Below, one piece after another: positions 8,671 through 17,012 of a stretch of DNA of 59,345 bases (positions are counted from its first letter, which is position 1; each line of letters begins with the position of its first letter). The notes beneath the pieces were generated by a model. It was not told where the DNA came from. It worked only from the letters and a program-made list of their open reading frames with translations, and searched no databases. The position numbers were made by a program, and so were the translations under genes. The DNA is from Candidatus Eiseniibacteriota bacterium (GTDB taxonomy: Bacteria > Eisenbacteria > RBG-16-71-46), in contig JBBRLX010000028.1 in assembly GCA_038231135.1 (NCBI GenBank), positions 1 to 59,345 on the forward strand, read 5' to 3'.

Positions 8671-10758
8671 TCAGTATTCGGCCAGCCGGGCCACGGTCGC
8701 GATCTCCGCGATCCCGACGCGCTCCCGGCCGAGCACCGTGCCGCGGTACCGGGTGGGGCGGAACTCGAGCGCATCCGCCCGGACACCGCCGCACGCGACC
8801 CGCGTTCCCTGGGGGGAAAGTACGGTACGCACCTGCTGCTGCGAGACTTGCCGGCCGTCCTTGAAGAACGCCAGCGTGCATTCCCGCACCTCGAGGCTCG
8901 TACCGGAAGCAGGTTGAACCCTTAGAGCGTAGAGAATCAACGAGTCCACTTCAATGGCCGTGCTCCAGTCGAGCCTGAGGGTCTGATCCCCGGCGGTGTC
9001 GCTGATCCAACCCACGTCGGCGTCCGGCCCCAGCGTGCGGCGGTCGATGGCGGCCCCGGGACCGGCGCTGCCGGGTGCGGTGCTGGTGGCGGTGGCGCGC
9101 GCGGACGGCGCGGCGTTGAAGCGTTTGCCCTCGAAGTCGCTGCGGGCCACCGGGATCGTGGAATGCCCCAGGTGGCAGCCGACGCACTTGGTGCCGCTGC
9201 CGACCCGGTTGGCGTTGAATCCGGGCACGTGCGCCGGCCCCGACACCGAGCGCACGACGTGGCCATGGGCGTCCACCAGTTGCTCGAACATCGGCGTGTC
9301 GCCGGGGAGTCCATCCTCGTGCACAGCGCCTCCGCCCAGCAGCGGCGTCTCGCGGATCATCACCACGGTGTCGCCGCTGGACACGCCCGGGCGCGCGAGC
9401 GCCGCGAAGAACCGGATGCGGAGGCCGGTCTGGATGGGCGGCGCGTCGGGAATCGGCACGTCGACCGCGGCGTTCGCAAACACGTTCAGGCAGTCGAACC
9501 GGAACGTCTCGCCACGGTCGAGGTAACCGGCCGCGTCGGCCGGCGGCAACTCGTTCGGCAGCCCGGAGGCGCGGGCGGGGATCACGGGCGGCCGCCGCCG
9601 GGGCGCGAGCATGGCGGGGTCCAGCTCATCGGTGCCGGGGAGGTCCACGAGCGGCGCCAGGGAGCCGCCGTCGAGGCTCGCCACCTCCAGGCCGAAATCG
9701 CCCGTCCCCTTCACGTCGCAGGCCAGCACGATCCGGCGGCCGCCGAGCGACGCGGGTGCACACGCGATCACCGGCCGGCCGTTGCGATCCGGACGCGGCA
9801 CCGGGACCGGCTCCCCGAAGCCGCCGGAGAACGCGTACACCGACACCGCACCCGGATCGGGATCGAGGCTGGTGTGCTCGGCGGTGACGCCGACCAGCGT
9901 GCCGTCCTCGAGCACCAGCGGCTGGTACGCCATCATGCGCGCGCGGTCGAGCGGGAAGCCCCCGGCGAGCCGGGCGAACCCGCCGTCGGGAGTGATCGAC
10001 ACGGCCTGCCACAGGTCCACCTCGGGCGCCGGGACCGCGCGTGCGCGATCAGTCGTGAACCCCGCCGCGTCGCGATCGCTCGCGAAATGTCCGCTCGTCC
10101 ACCAGCGCGCGAACACGATCCGGCCGGTCCGCGGATCGACGCACGGCTCCTCGGCGCCGTTGCGCTCGGCGGTGATGCGCGTGAGCGCGCCGCCCTGGGC
10201 CTCGACCACGAACAGGTTGCTCGCCAGCCGCCCGCCATGCTCCGCGAGTTGCGGATAGCGCGTGCTCGCGAACACGATGCGCCCGTCGGGCAGCCATGCG
10301 GGATCGAAGTCGTCGTAGCGCTCGAATCGCGCCCGGCCCGGGCCCAGGCGGTCGAGCGGCACGGAGCGATCGCTGCGCGTGACTGGCGCGAGCCCCCGGC
10401 CGTCCGCACCCACGATCCACAGCCGCCACGCGCTGTCAGGAGCGGCGGTCGCGGCGAACACCACGCGCCGGCCGTCCCACGACACCGCGGGGTCCGCGAC
10501 GTCGAAGAACCGCCCGCGCGGCACCAACTCGTAGACCCGGCCGGCCGCCGACCGCACCATCAGCCGCCCGCCGGTCGCGGTCGCCCGCTGCGACGGCCCG
10601 AGTCCGGGAATCCCGCGACCACCGGCGGGCGGCCGCCGCGATACGAACACGATCGCGGGCGCCGAGGTCGGACCCCCAAGCCGGAGCGGCCCGAGAGCGC
10701 TGCCGAACCCCATGCCCCACCCGCCGGCGAGCGCGGCGAGCAGCAGCACACGGTTCAT
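8671..10758 (-). CDS. TolB/PD40 beta-propeller protein, hydrazine-synthase-alpha-like, with one c-type heme motif
   Basis: DPAVSWDGRRVVFA and DDFDPAWLPDGRIVFASTR repeats, CVGCH motif, C-terminal discoidin-like region. ATGA overlap with the upstream gene. Confidence 0.7.
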   Translation of the reverse strand: MNRVLLLAALAGGWGMGFGSALGPLRLGGPTSAPAIVFVSRRPPAGGRGIPGLGPSQRATATGGRLMVRSAAGRVYELVPRGRFFDVADPAVSWDGRRVVFAATAAPDSAWRLWIVGADGRGLAPVTRSDRSVPLDRLGPGRARFERYDDFDPAWLPDGRIVFASTRYPQLAEHGGRLASNLFVVEAQGGALTRITAERNGAEEPCVDPRTGRIVFARWWTSGHFASDRDAAGFTTDRARAVPAPEVDLWQAVSITPDGGFARLAGGFPLDRARMMAYQPLVLEDGTLVGVTAEHTSLDPDPGAVSVYAFSGGFGEPVPVPRPDRNGRPVIACAPASLGGRRIVLACDVKGTGDFGLEVASLDGGSLAPLVDLPGTDELDPAMLAPRRRPPVIPARASGLPNELPPADAAGYLDRGETFRFDCLNVFANAAVDVPIPDAPPIQTGLRIRFFAALARPGVSSGDTVVMIRETPLLGGGAVHEDGLPGDTPMFEQLVDAHGHVVRSVSGPAHVPGFNANRVGSGTKCVGCHLGHSTIPVARSDFEGKRFNAAPSARATATSTAPGSAGPGAAIDRRTLGPDADVGWISDTAGDQTLRLDWSTAIEVDSLILYALRVQPASGTSLEVRECTLAFFKDGRQVSQQQVRTVLSPQGTRVACGGVRADALEFRPTRYRGTVLGRERVGIAEIATVARLAEY

Positions 10759-12314
10759 CGCACGACCGGTACCCGGTGCTCGAGCGTCTGTCCGTTCACC
10801 GTGAGCCGCGCGAAATATATCCCCGAGCCCACCGCGCGGCCGCCGGCGTCGAGGCCGTTCCAGGTCGCGTGATAGCGGCCGGGCGCGTCGGAGCGCGCGC
10901 CGATCAGCGAGCGCACCCGCCGGCCCCGCACGTCGTGGATCGCGAGCGTCACCCGGCTCAGCGCCGGCAGCACCCAATCGAACTCGACGCGTCCCGCACT
11001 CGGCAGCGGGTAGGGCTGCGAGAACTCGAGCAGGCTCGCCGGCGGCGGCACGTTCGACGTGGCGGTCGACACGACGCGGCGGATCTCGCCGGACTGCCGG
11101 CAATACCACAGCCCGCCTTCGGCGCCGATCGCATAGTCGCTGACCTGATCGAACCCGGTGCCCCAGCTGCCGCTCGACGGCTGGCCCGGCACCGGCGCCG
11201 CCACCGCCCAGGTGTCGCCGTCGCGGTGGAGGCGCACCATCACGCTCGAAAAGTAGTCGCTCACGAACGCGTCGCCTTCGTAGGCCGCCGGGAACGACCG
11301 CGTGCCGCCGGCGGGATGGCGATAGATCGCGGCGGCCATGATCGCCGCCGCGCCGGTCGAATGATTGAGCGTGAAGATCGGGAACGTCGCGGGCCCGGTG
11401 AGCGGCTGACCCGACGAGAACACGGCATCGCCTTCGTAGTGGGGCCAGCCGAAGTTCATGCCGCCGTGGTTCGCGATATCGACCTCCTCCCAGGTGTTCT
11501 CGCCGACGTCGGCGATCAGCAGTTCACCGGTGAGATGGTCGAATTGGAAGCGGAACGGATTGCGGAGTCCATACTCCCAGATCAGCCGCGCATTGAGGCC
11601 GCCCACTCCGGCGAACGGGTTACCGGCGGGGGTGATCTGCGCGCGTGACGCGGTACCCGGACCGTCGGGCAATCCGTCGACCGCGAGCCGCAGGATCACG
11701 CCGCGCAGGCTCGTCGTGTCCTGGGCGGCCGGCGACGTCGCATCCTCGCCCAGGCTCACGTACAGGGTACCGTCGGGCGCGAACCGCACGGTGCCGCCGT
11801 TATGGTTGAACGCGTTGTCGGGAATATCGGTGATCAGGTCGTAGCGGCTCGCGGGATCGATCGACAACGTGCCCGCGGGATCCGTGAGCGCGCCCGAGAC
11901 CTTGAACCGCGAGATCTTGATCTTGCCGGTGAGGTCGTTCGAATGCGTATAGATGTAGGGCCGCGACGGCCACGCCGGATCGACCGCGATGCCCAGCAGT
12001 CCGCGCTCCGAGCCGCCGGTGTTGACGTTCGGAACGAAGCCGGCCGAATCCGCGCGCGGCACTCCCGAGTGGCGGACCAACAGGATGCGCGACGACTTCT
12101 GCTCGACGACCAGCAGCCGGCCGTCGGGCAGGAATGCGATGCCCGTGGGAAACCTTAGACCGCCGACGATGAGCTCGTCCGAGAATCCGGTCGGCACGAC
12201 GGCGGCAGGCGTGTTGTGCGCGGCGGCGCAGGACAGGGTGGCGACGACGAGGCCGGGGAACACCATGCGGAACAGGGCCTCGGGGCGGCCGCGTACGGAG
12301 CTGGGGACAGGCAT
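10755..12314 (-). CDS. PQQ-dependent glucose/sorbosone dehydrogenase family protein with FlgD-Ig C-terminus
   Basis: SERGLLGIAVDP, NHNGGTVRFAPDG, YGLRNPFRF, DVGENTWEEV, NFGWP motifs. GGAGG RBS. Confidence 0.85.
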   Translation of the reverse strand: MPVPSSVRGRPEALFRMVFPGLVVATLSCAAAHNTPAAVVPTGFSDELIVGGLRFPTGIAFLPDGRLLVVEQKSSRILLVRHSGVPRADSAGFVPNVNTGGSERGLLGIAVDPAWPSRPYIYTHSNDLTGKIKISRFKVSGALTDPAGTLSIDPASRYDLITDIPDNAFNHNGGTVRFAPDGTLYVSLGEDATSPAAQDTTSLRGVILRLAVDGLPDGPGTASRAQITPAGNPFAGVGGLNARLIWEYGLRNPFRFQFDHLTGELLIADVGENTWEEVDIANHGGMNFGWPHYEGDAVFSSGQPLTGPATFPIFTLNHSTGAAAIMAAAIYRHPAGGTRSFPAAYEGDAFVSDYFSSVMVRLHRDGDTWAVAAPVPGQPSSGSWGTGFDQVSDYAIGAEGGLWYCRQSGEIRRVVSTATSNVPPPASLLEFSQPYPLPSAGRVEFDWVLPALSRVTLAIHDVRGRRVRSLIGARSDAPGRYHATWNGLDAGGRAVGSGIYFARLTVNGQTLEHRVPVVR

Positions 12315-12599
12315 GGAACCTCCGGGAACCTCCGGGTGAAGCGGGTTCGGTGCGGCCTCGTCGCGAAGTTTACGCCACCGGCCGCGGCGGGAGCGAATTT
12401 CCCGTGAAAAACCCGCCTGGGCGCACCCGTCTCCATCCGACCGTGCGTTGCGCGCGTAGTAGGGTGTGACGCGCATCCCGACGAGGCCCTGGAGCCCCGG
12501 GATGCGCGCGCTCCCACCGCCCGCGGTCCCAATGGCCGCCGCGGGCAGCTCCCGGTAACTGGCCGCCGCGCGCGGCCGCAGGAAGGAAAGGGCTCACCC

Positions 12600-14297
12600 A
12601 TGTCCACCCGCAGGTCGTTCACCGCCGTGACAGCGTCGTTGCTGCTCGCCGGCGCCCTGTACGTTCCGTTCGCGCTGGCCTCGAGCCATCGTGAGGCGCC
12701 GGGCATCACCAAGGATCCGACGGCCGACAACACGGATCTCTACGCGTTCCGCAGCCCGGACAAGCCGTCGACGATCACACTCATCAGCAACTGGGAGCCG
12801 CTGCTCGAGCCCGCCGCGGGTCCGAACTTCTACTCGTTCGACGACAAGGCCGTCTATCAGATCATCGTGGACAACGTCGGCGACGCGCAGGACCACATCG
12901 TCTACCAGTTCTACTTCACGTCGCACATCAAGAACGGCAACACGTTCCTCTACAACACCGGCCCCGTGCTGTCGGCGAACGATCCCAATCTGAACGAGTA
13001 CCAGACCTACTCGGTCAAGAAGATCACGAACGGCAAGAGCGAGTGGATTGGCAAGGACCTGCGCTTGCAGCCGAACCGGGTCGGCCCCAAGTCGACGCCC
13101 AACATCAACAAGCTGCAGGAGGACGTCACCTACAAGCTGTCCGACGGCTCGAAGGTGTTCGCGGGCGAACGCGACGATCCGTTCTTCGTGGACCTGGGTG
13201 CCACATTCGACCTGCTCACGATCCGCCATCTCCCGGGCGACATCGGCGGCGGTGTCGACGCGCTGCGCGGCTTCAACACCATGAGCATCGCGCTGCAGGT
13301 GCCGATCGAGGATCTCACCAAGGACGGCGAGGAAGCCGACGACACCAAGTGGCCGGTTCTCGGCATCTATACGACGACCGAGCGTGACGGCAAGCGCGTG
13401 TCGCGCCTCGGCTCCCCGCTCGTGAACGAAGTCGTGATTCCACTCAAGGACAAGGACAACTTCAACCACAGTGATCCGGCCAACGACAGCCAGTTCCTGA
13501 GCTACGTCACGGATCCCGAGCCGTCGCGCCTGCTCCACGCGCTCTACGGCATCAGCGTGCCGCCCCCGCCGCGCAACGACCTGGTGGCGGTGTTCCTCAC
13601 CGGCATCCCCGGCCTCACGCAGCCGAAGAACGGCAAACCGAACGAGATGCTGCGGCTCAACGTGACGATCAAGCCGTCCAGCAATCCCAGCCGCCTCGGC
13701 GTGCTCGGCGGTGACCTCGCCGGATTCCCGAACGGCCGCCGGCTCGCGGACGACGTCGTCGACATCGAGTTGCGCGCGCTGGCCGGCGTGCTGGTCAACG
13801 GCTTCAACACCGCGCCCGGCAACCGGCTCGGCGACGGCGTGGACTTCAACGACCGCTCGTTCCTCACCTACTTCCCGTACGTGTCTCGTCCGTTCGACCC
13901 GCTGAACCACAGCCATCATCGCATCGAGCCGGCGAACGCGCCCGGTCCGGTCGCGCAGCAGGACGGTTCGGAAGGGGCGACGATCACGGTCGCGGGTGAC
14001 GAGATGGCCGGCAACGCCGACGAGGACACGCCGCTGGAAGTGCGCGGCGCGAATCCGGCGCCCAACGCCCAGCTGAGGTTCACGCTGGCCCGTGATGCTG
14101 CCGTGACGCTGCGGGTGTACGACGTGCAGGGCCGGATGGTGCGGTCGCTGCGCGACGAGCGCACCAAGGCTGGCGCGGTCGACGTGGCGTGGGATGGCCG
14201 TGACGACCTCGGCGCGTTCGCCGGCAAAGGCGTGTTCTTCGCCCGCTACTCGGTGGATGGCAAGCTCGTGAACACGAGGAAGCTGATCATCCAGTAG
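12600..14297 (+). CDS. DUF4331-family secreted protein with FlgD-Ig C-terminus
   Basis: ASSHREAP, DNTDLYAFRSP, GERDDPFFVDLG, GFPNGRRLADDVVD motifs. Confidence 0.85.
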   Translation: MSTRRSFTAVTASLLLAGALYVPFALASSHREAPGITKDPTADNTDLYAFRSPDKPSTITLISNWEPLLEPAAGPNFYSFDDKAVYQIIVDNVGDAQDHIVYQFYFTSHIKNGNTFLYNTGPVLSANDPNLNEYQTYSVKKITNGKSEWIGKDLRLQPNRVGPKSTPNINKLQEDVTYKLSDGSKVFAGERDDPFFVDLGATFDLLTIRHLPGDIGGGVDALRGFNTMSIALQVPIEDLTKDGEEADDTKWPVLGIYTTTERDGKRVSRLGSPLVNEVVIPLKDKDNFNHSDPANDSQFLSYVTDPEPSRLLHALYGISVPPPPRNDLVAVFLTGIPGLTQPKNGKPNEMLRLNVTIKPSSNPSRLGVLGGDLAGFPNGRRLADDVVDIELRALAGVLVNGFNTAPGNRLGDGVDFNDRSFLTYFPYVSRPFDPLNHSHHRIEPANAPGPVAQQDGSEGATITVAGDEMAGNADEDTPLEVRGANPAPNAQLRFTLARDAAVTLRVYDVQGRMVRSLRDERTKAGAVDVAWDGRDDLGAFAGKGVFFARYSVDGKLVNTRKLIIQ

Positions 14298-14339
14298 CGC
14301 GGAATCCCGGTGCCGTCCGCGCCGGCAATGACGAGCACG

Positions 14340-14380
14340 GCGGGTCCGGATCCCAATCGATCCGGGCCCGCGGTCGTTTT
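14340..14380 (+). terminator. Intrinsic terminator after the DUF4331 gene
   Basis: GCGGGTCCGGATC-ccaatc-GATCCGGGCCCGC stem followed by ggtcgTTTT. Confidence 0.65.
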
Positions 14381-14429
14381 CGGCATGGACGAAGGAGGCG
14401 GGTCCTTCCCCACAGAATGGGGATGGTAC

Positions 14430-14459
14430 TTGACCCGGCTCCCGCGCCGCTGGCACTCT
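14430..14459 (+). promoter_or_regulatory. Candidate sigma70 promoter for the Cys-leader transcript
   Basis: TTGACC (14430-14435), 18-nt spacer, TGg-CACTCT extended -10-like element. Confidence 0.4.
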
Positions 14460-14509
14460 AATAGCCTGGCTGGAAACCGTCGCGGTTCACCGTTCCCAGG
14501 GGTGTTCTC

Positions 14510-14599
14510 ATGATCCGCAGCCTCACACCGACCTGCTGTTGTTGTTGTCGCATGCTCCCCGGGAGCAGGCGATGTCGGTGCTGGAGCGTCAGGATCTGA
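14510..14599 (+). CDS. Cysteine-rich leader peptide MIRSLTPTCCCCCRMLPGSRRCRCWSVRI
   Basis: AGGGG RBS 7 nt upstream; TGC TGT TGT TGT TGT run at 14534-14548; 7 Cys in 29 aa. Confidence 0.8.
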   Translation: MIRSLTPTCCCCCRMLPGSRRCRCWSVRI

Positions 14600-14680
14600 C
14601 CGCACGGGCTTGAGGCCCGCCTCCAATGACCGCATCGACCGCGGCTCCCGCTTCCACCGGGAGCCGCGGTCTTTTGTATT
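14526..14680 (+). promoter_or_regulatory. Classical transcription attenuator (protector / antiterminator / terminator)
   Basis: Alternative pairings read by eye: 14526-14559 with 14560-14580; 14560-14586 with 14621-14650; 14637-14650 with 14658-14671. Confidence 0.75.
14637..14680 (+). terminator. Attenuator intrinsic terminator
   Basis: Perfect 14-bp stem GACCGCGGCTCCCG / CGGGAGCCGCGGTC, 7-nt loop, then TTTTGTATT, ending 40 nt before the next gene. Confidence 0.85.
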
Positions 14681-14719
14681 CCGATGGATTCCGATCCCAG
14701 CCCGAGAACCGGAGACACC

Positions 14720-15682
14720 ATGATCCTGCAAGCCGACCGTCCAATCGCCGTCTATCACGAGCATCCGCATTGGTTCCGGCCGCTGTTCGCCGAGCTCGAG
14801 CGCCGGCGTACGCCGTATGTGCGGCTCGAGGCCGAGCATCATCGCTACGAAGTTGGCGGCGATCCGCCGCCCTACGGGCTGGTGTTCAACCGCATGAGCC
14901 CGTCGGCGTGGCTGCGCGGCGGCGGCCACGGGATCTTCTACACGCTCCAGTTCCTGCATCACCTGGAGCACCTGGGCGTGCGCGTCGTGAACGGACACGA
15001 CGCGTTCCTCACCGAGACTTCAAAGGCGCGCCAGCTCGCGCTGCTCGAACGGCTCGGCCTGCCGTACCCGCGCGCCCGCGTCATCCACCACCCGGCGCAG
15101 GCGCCGGCGGCCGCGAACGGGCTGCGGTTCCCGGTGGTGGTGAAGCCGAACATCGGCGGCAGCGGCGCCGGCGTGCGGCGGTTCGATACGCTCGACTCGC
15201 TGCGCGCGGCCGCCGAGGGCGGCGAGCTGGATCTCGGCATCGACAGCACCGGCCTGGTGCAGGAGTTCATTCCCGCGGAGAGCGGCCGCATCGTGCGCGT
15301 GGAGACGCTGGGCAAGCGGTTCCTGTATGCGATCCGCGTGTACATGACCGGCGACAGCTACGACCTGTGCCCCGCCGACATCTGCCAGGGCGTCGACGGC
15401 GCCGAGCTGGCACGCGCGGCGTGCCCGGCGGATGCACCGAAGAACGGCCTGCGGGTCGAGGGCTACGATCCCCCGGCCGACATCATCCGCGCCGTCGAGC
15501 GCATCGTCGCCGCCGCGAACATCGAGGTGGGCGGCGTCGAGTACCTGATCGACGAGCGCGACGGCAATCACTATTTCTACGACGTGAACGCGCTGTCGAA
15601 CTTCGTCGCCGACGCCGAACGCGTGATCGGGTTCGATCCGTTCGTGCGGCTCGCGGACTATCTCGAACAGGAGGTCTCGTGA
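14720..15682 (+). CDS. RimK/glutathione-synthase-like ATP-grasp ligase
   Basis: FPVVVKPNIGGSGAGV, VQEFIP, GGVEY, YDVNALSNF motifs. GGAG RBS. Confidence 0.8.
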   Translation: MILQADRPIAVYHEHPHWFRPLFAELERRRTPYVRLEAEHHRYEVGGDPPPYGLVFNRMSPSAWLRGGGHGIFYTLQFLHHLEHLGVRVVNGHDAFLTETSKARQLALLERLGLPYPRARVIHHPAQAPAAANGLRFPVVVKPNIGGSGAGVRRFDTLDSLRAAAEGGELDLGIDSTGLVQEFIPAESGRIVRVETLGKRFLYAIRVYMTGDSYDLCPADICQGVDGAELARAACPADAPKNGLRVEGYDPPADIIRAVERIVAAANIEVGGVEYLIDERDGNHYFYDVNALSNFVADAERVIGFDPFVRLADYLEQEVS

Positions 15683-15684
15683 GC

Positions 15685-16839
15685 ATGCGGCTCGGATACT
15701 GGCTGCCGGTGTTCGGCGGATGGCTGCGCAACGTGCCGGACGAAGGCATGGCGGCGAGCTGGGACTACGTGAGCCGGCTCGCGCGCCGCAGCGAGCAGAT
15801 CGGGTTCGACCTCACGCTCGTCGCCGAGCTGAACCTGAACGACATCAAGGGTCCCGACGCGCCGTCGCTCGACGCGTGGACCACGGCGGCGGCGCTCGCC
15901 GCCGTCACCGAGCGCCTCGAGATCATGGTCGCGGTGCGGCCCACGTTCCATCCGCCGGCGCTGCTCGCCAAGCAGGTGGCGAACCTCGACCACCTGAGCG
16001 GCGGGCGCGTGTCGATCAACGTGGTGTCGTCGTGGTGGGAGGACGAGGCGCGGCAGTACGGCGTGACGTTCGATTCCCACGACGATCGTTACGCGCGCAC
16101 CGCCGAGTGGCTCGCGGTGGTGCGCGGCCTGTGGACCGAGGCGCGGTTCAGCTATTACGGGCGCCACTACCACGTCGAGAACTCGGTGCTGGAGCCCAAG
16201 CCGCAGACTTCACCGGTGATTTATGCCGGCGGCGAATCGGAGGCCGCGAAGGACCTGATCGCGCGGTCGTGCGACGCCTACCTCATGCACGGCGACCCGC
16301 CCGCGCGCATCGCGGAGAAGATCGCCGACCTGTCCGCGCGCCGCGCCCGCCAGCGGCGGGCCAGGTTGAGGTATGGCGTCGCCGGCTACGTGGTGTGCCG
16401 CGACACCGAGGCCGAGGCCCAGCACGAGCTGCAGCGCATCACCACGCTACGCCCGGGCGCCCCCGGGTTCGGCAATTTCGACCAATGGGTGAAGGGCACC
16501 CAGCTCGAGCAGCGGCTGGCGCTCGAGGACTACTCGGTGTCGAACCGCGGGCTGCGCTCGGGGCTCGTCGGCACGCCGGAGCAGATCGCCGAGCGCATCC
16601 GCGAGTTCGAACGCGCGGGCGCGGAGCTGCTGCTGCTGCAGTTCAGCCCGCAGCTCGAGGAGATGGAGCGGTTCGCGGCGCAGGTGACGCCGCTGCTGGA
16701 GCGCGGGGGCGTCGAGGTGACGCCGGTCGCGGTGGGCAGCGAAACGGTCCGAACAGTGGCCCGCCGCGCTTCATCTACCACAGCATCAGCGGCAGTGAAA
16801 CCGGCCAGATTGCACCCAGCAACAGCGCCCAGAACGTGA
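15685..16839 (+). CDS. LLM-class flavin-dependent monooxygenase (SsuD/SfnG-like)
   Basis: AALAAVTERLEIMVAVRP, LDHLSGGRVSINVVS, HDDRYAR, IYAGGES, GLVGTPEQIAERI motifs. Coupled to the upstream gene (alternative GTG start at 15679). The last ~35 aa look non-conserved. Confidence 0.85.
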   Translation: MRLGYWLPVFGGWLRNVPDEGMAASWDYVSRLARRSEQIGFDLTLVAELNLNDIKGPDAPSLDAWTTAAALAAVTERLEIMVAVRPTFHPPALLAKQVANLDHLSGGRVSINVVSSWWEDEARQYGVTFDSHDDRYARTAEWLAVVRGLWTEARFSYYGRHYHVENSVLEPKPQTSPVIYAGGESEAAKDLIARSCDAYLMHGDPPARIAEKIADLSARRARQRRARLRYGVAGYVVCRDTEAEAQHELQRITTLRPGAPGFGNFDQWVKGTQLEQRLALEDYSVSNRGLRSGLVGTPEQIAERIREFERAGAELLLLQFSPQLEEMERFAAQVTPLLERGGVEVTPVAVGSETVRTVARRASSTTASAAVKPARLHPATAPRT

Positions 16840-16972
16840 TGTGCAGGAGCGTTGGATAGGGTGACGCGTCGGAGCCGGCCGCTTCAACGGCGAGCACGAT
16901 CCAAAACCAGGCCGAACTGAGCAGCCATCCGATCAGGTACGCGACCCTTGCCCACAACGGAATTCGCCGCAT
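16775..16972 (-). CDS. Small two-TM membrane protein (tentative)
   Basis: Two strongly hydrophobic Trp-rich stretches; overlaps the 3' end of the convergent LLM gene by 65 nt. Confidence 0.4.
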   Translation of the reverse strand: MRRIPLWARVAYLIGWLLSSAWFWIVLAVEAAGSDASPYPTLLHITFWALLLGAIWPVSLPLMLW

Positions 16973-17012
16973 GGCCACCGCGAACCATTGCACCGTGTTC
17001 GCGCTGAGGCAG

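Noticed and set aside
8671..10758. Anammox hydrazine synthase
   Set aside because: It has only one CxxCH and no hzsB/hzsC or hao neighbours; treated as an HzsA-like protein only.
14537..14548. (TGT)4 read as a phase-variable microsatellite
   Set aside because: It is short, in frame and explained by the Cys codons.
14510..14599. Cys-rich peptide read as a RiPP precursor or metallothionein
   Set aside because: There is no modification enzyme of a matching class or exporter, and no leader/core pattern. The overlapping antiterminator/terminator geometry and rare TGT codons are better explained by attenuation, though a substrate role for the adjacent ATP-grasp enzyme is not formally excluded.
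14626..16839. 737-aa ORF in the track
   Set aside because: Only the part from 15679/15685 is LLM-like; the 5' half overlaps the attenuator and the ATP-grasp gene in another frame.
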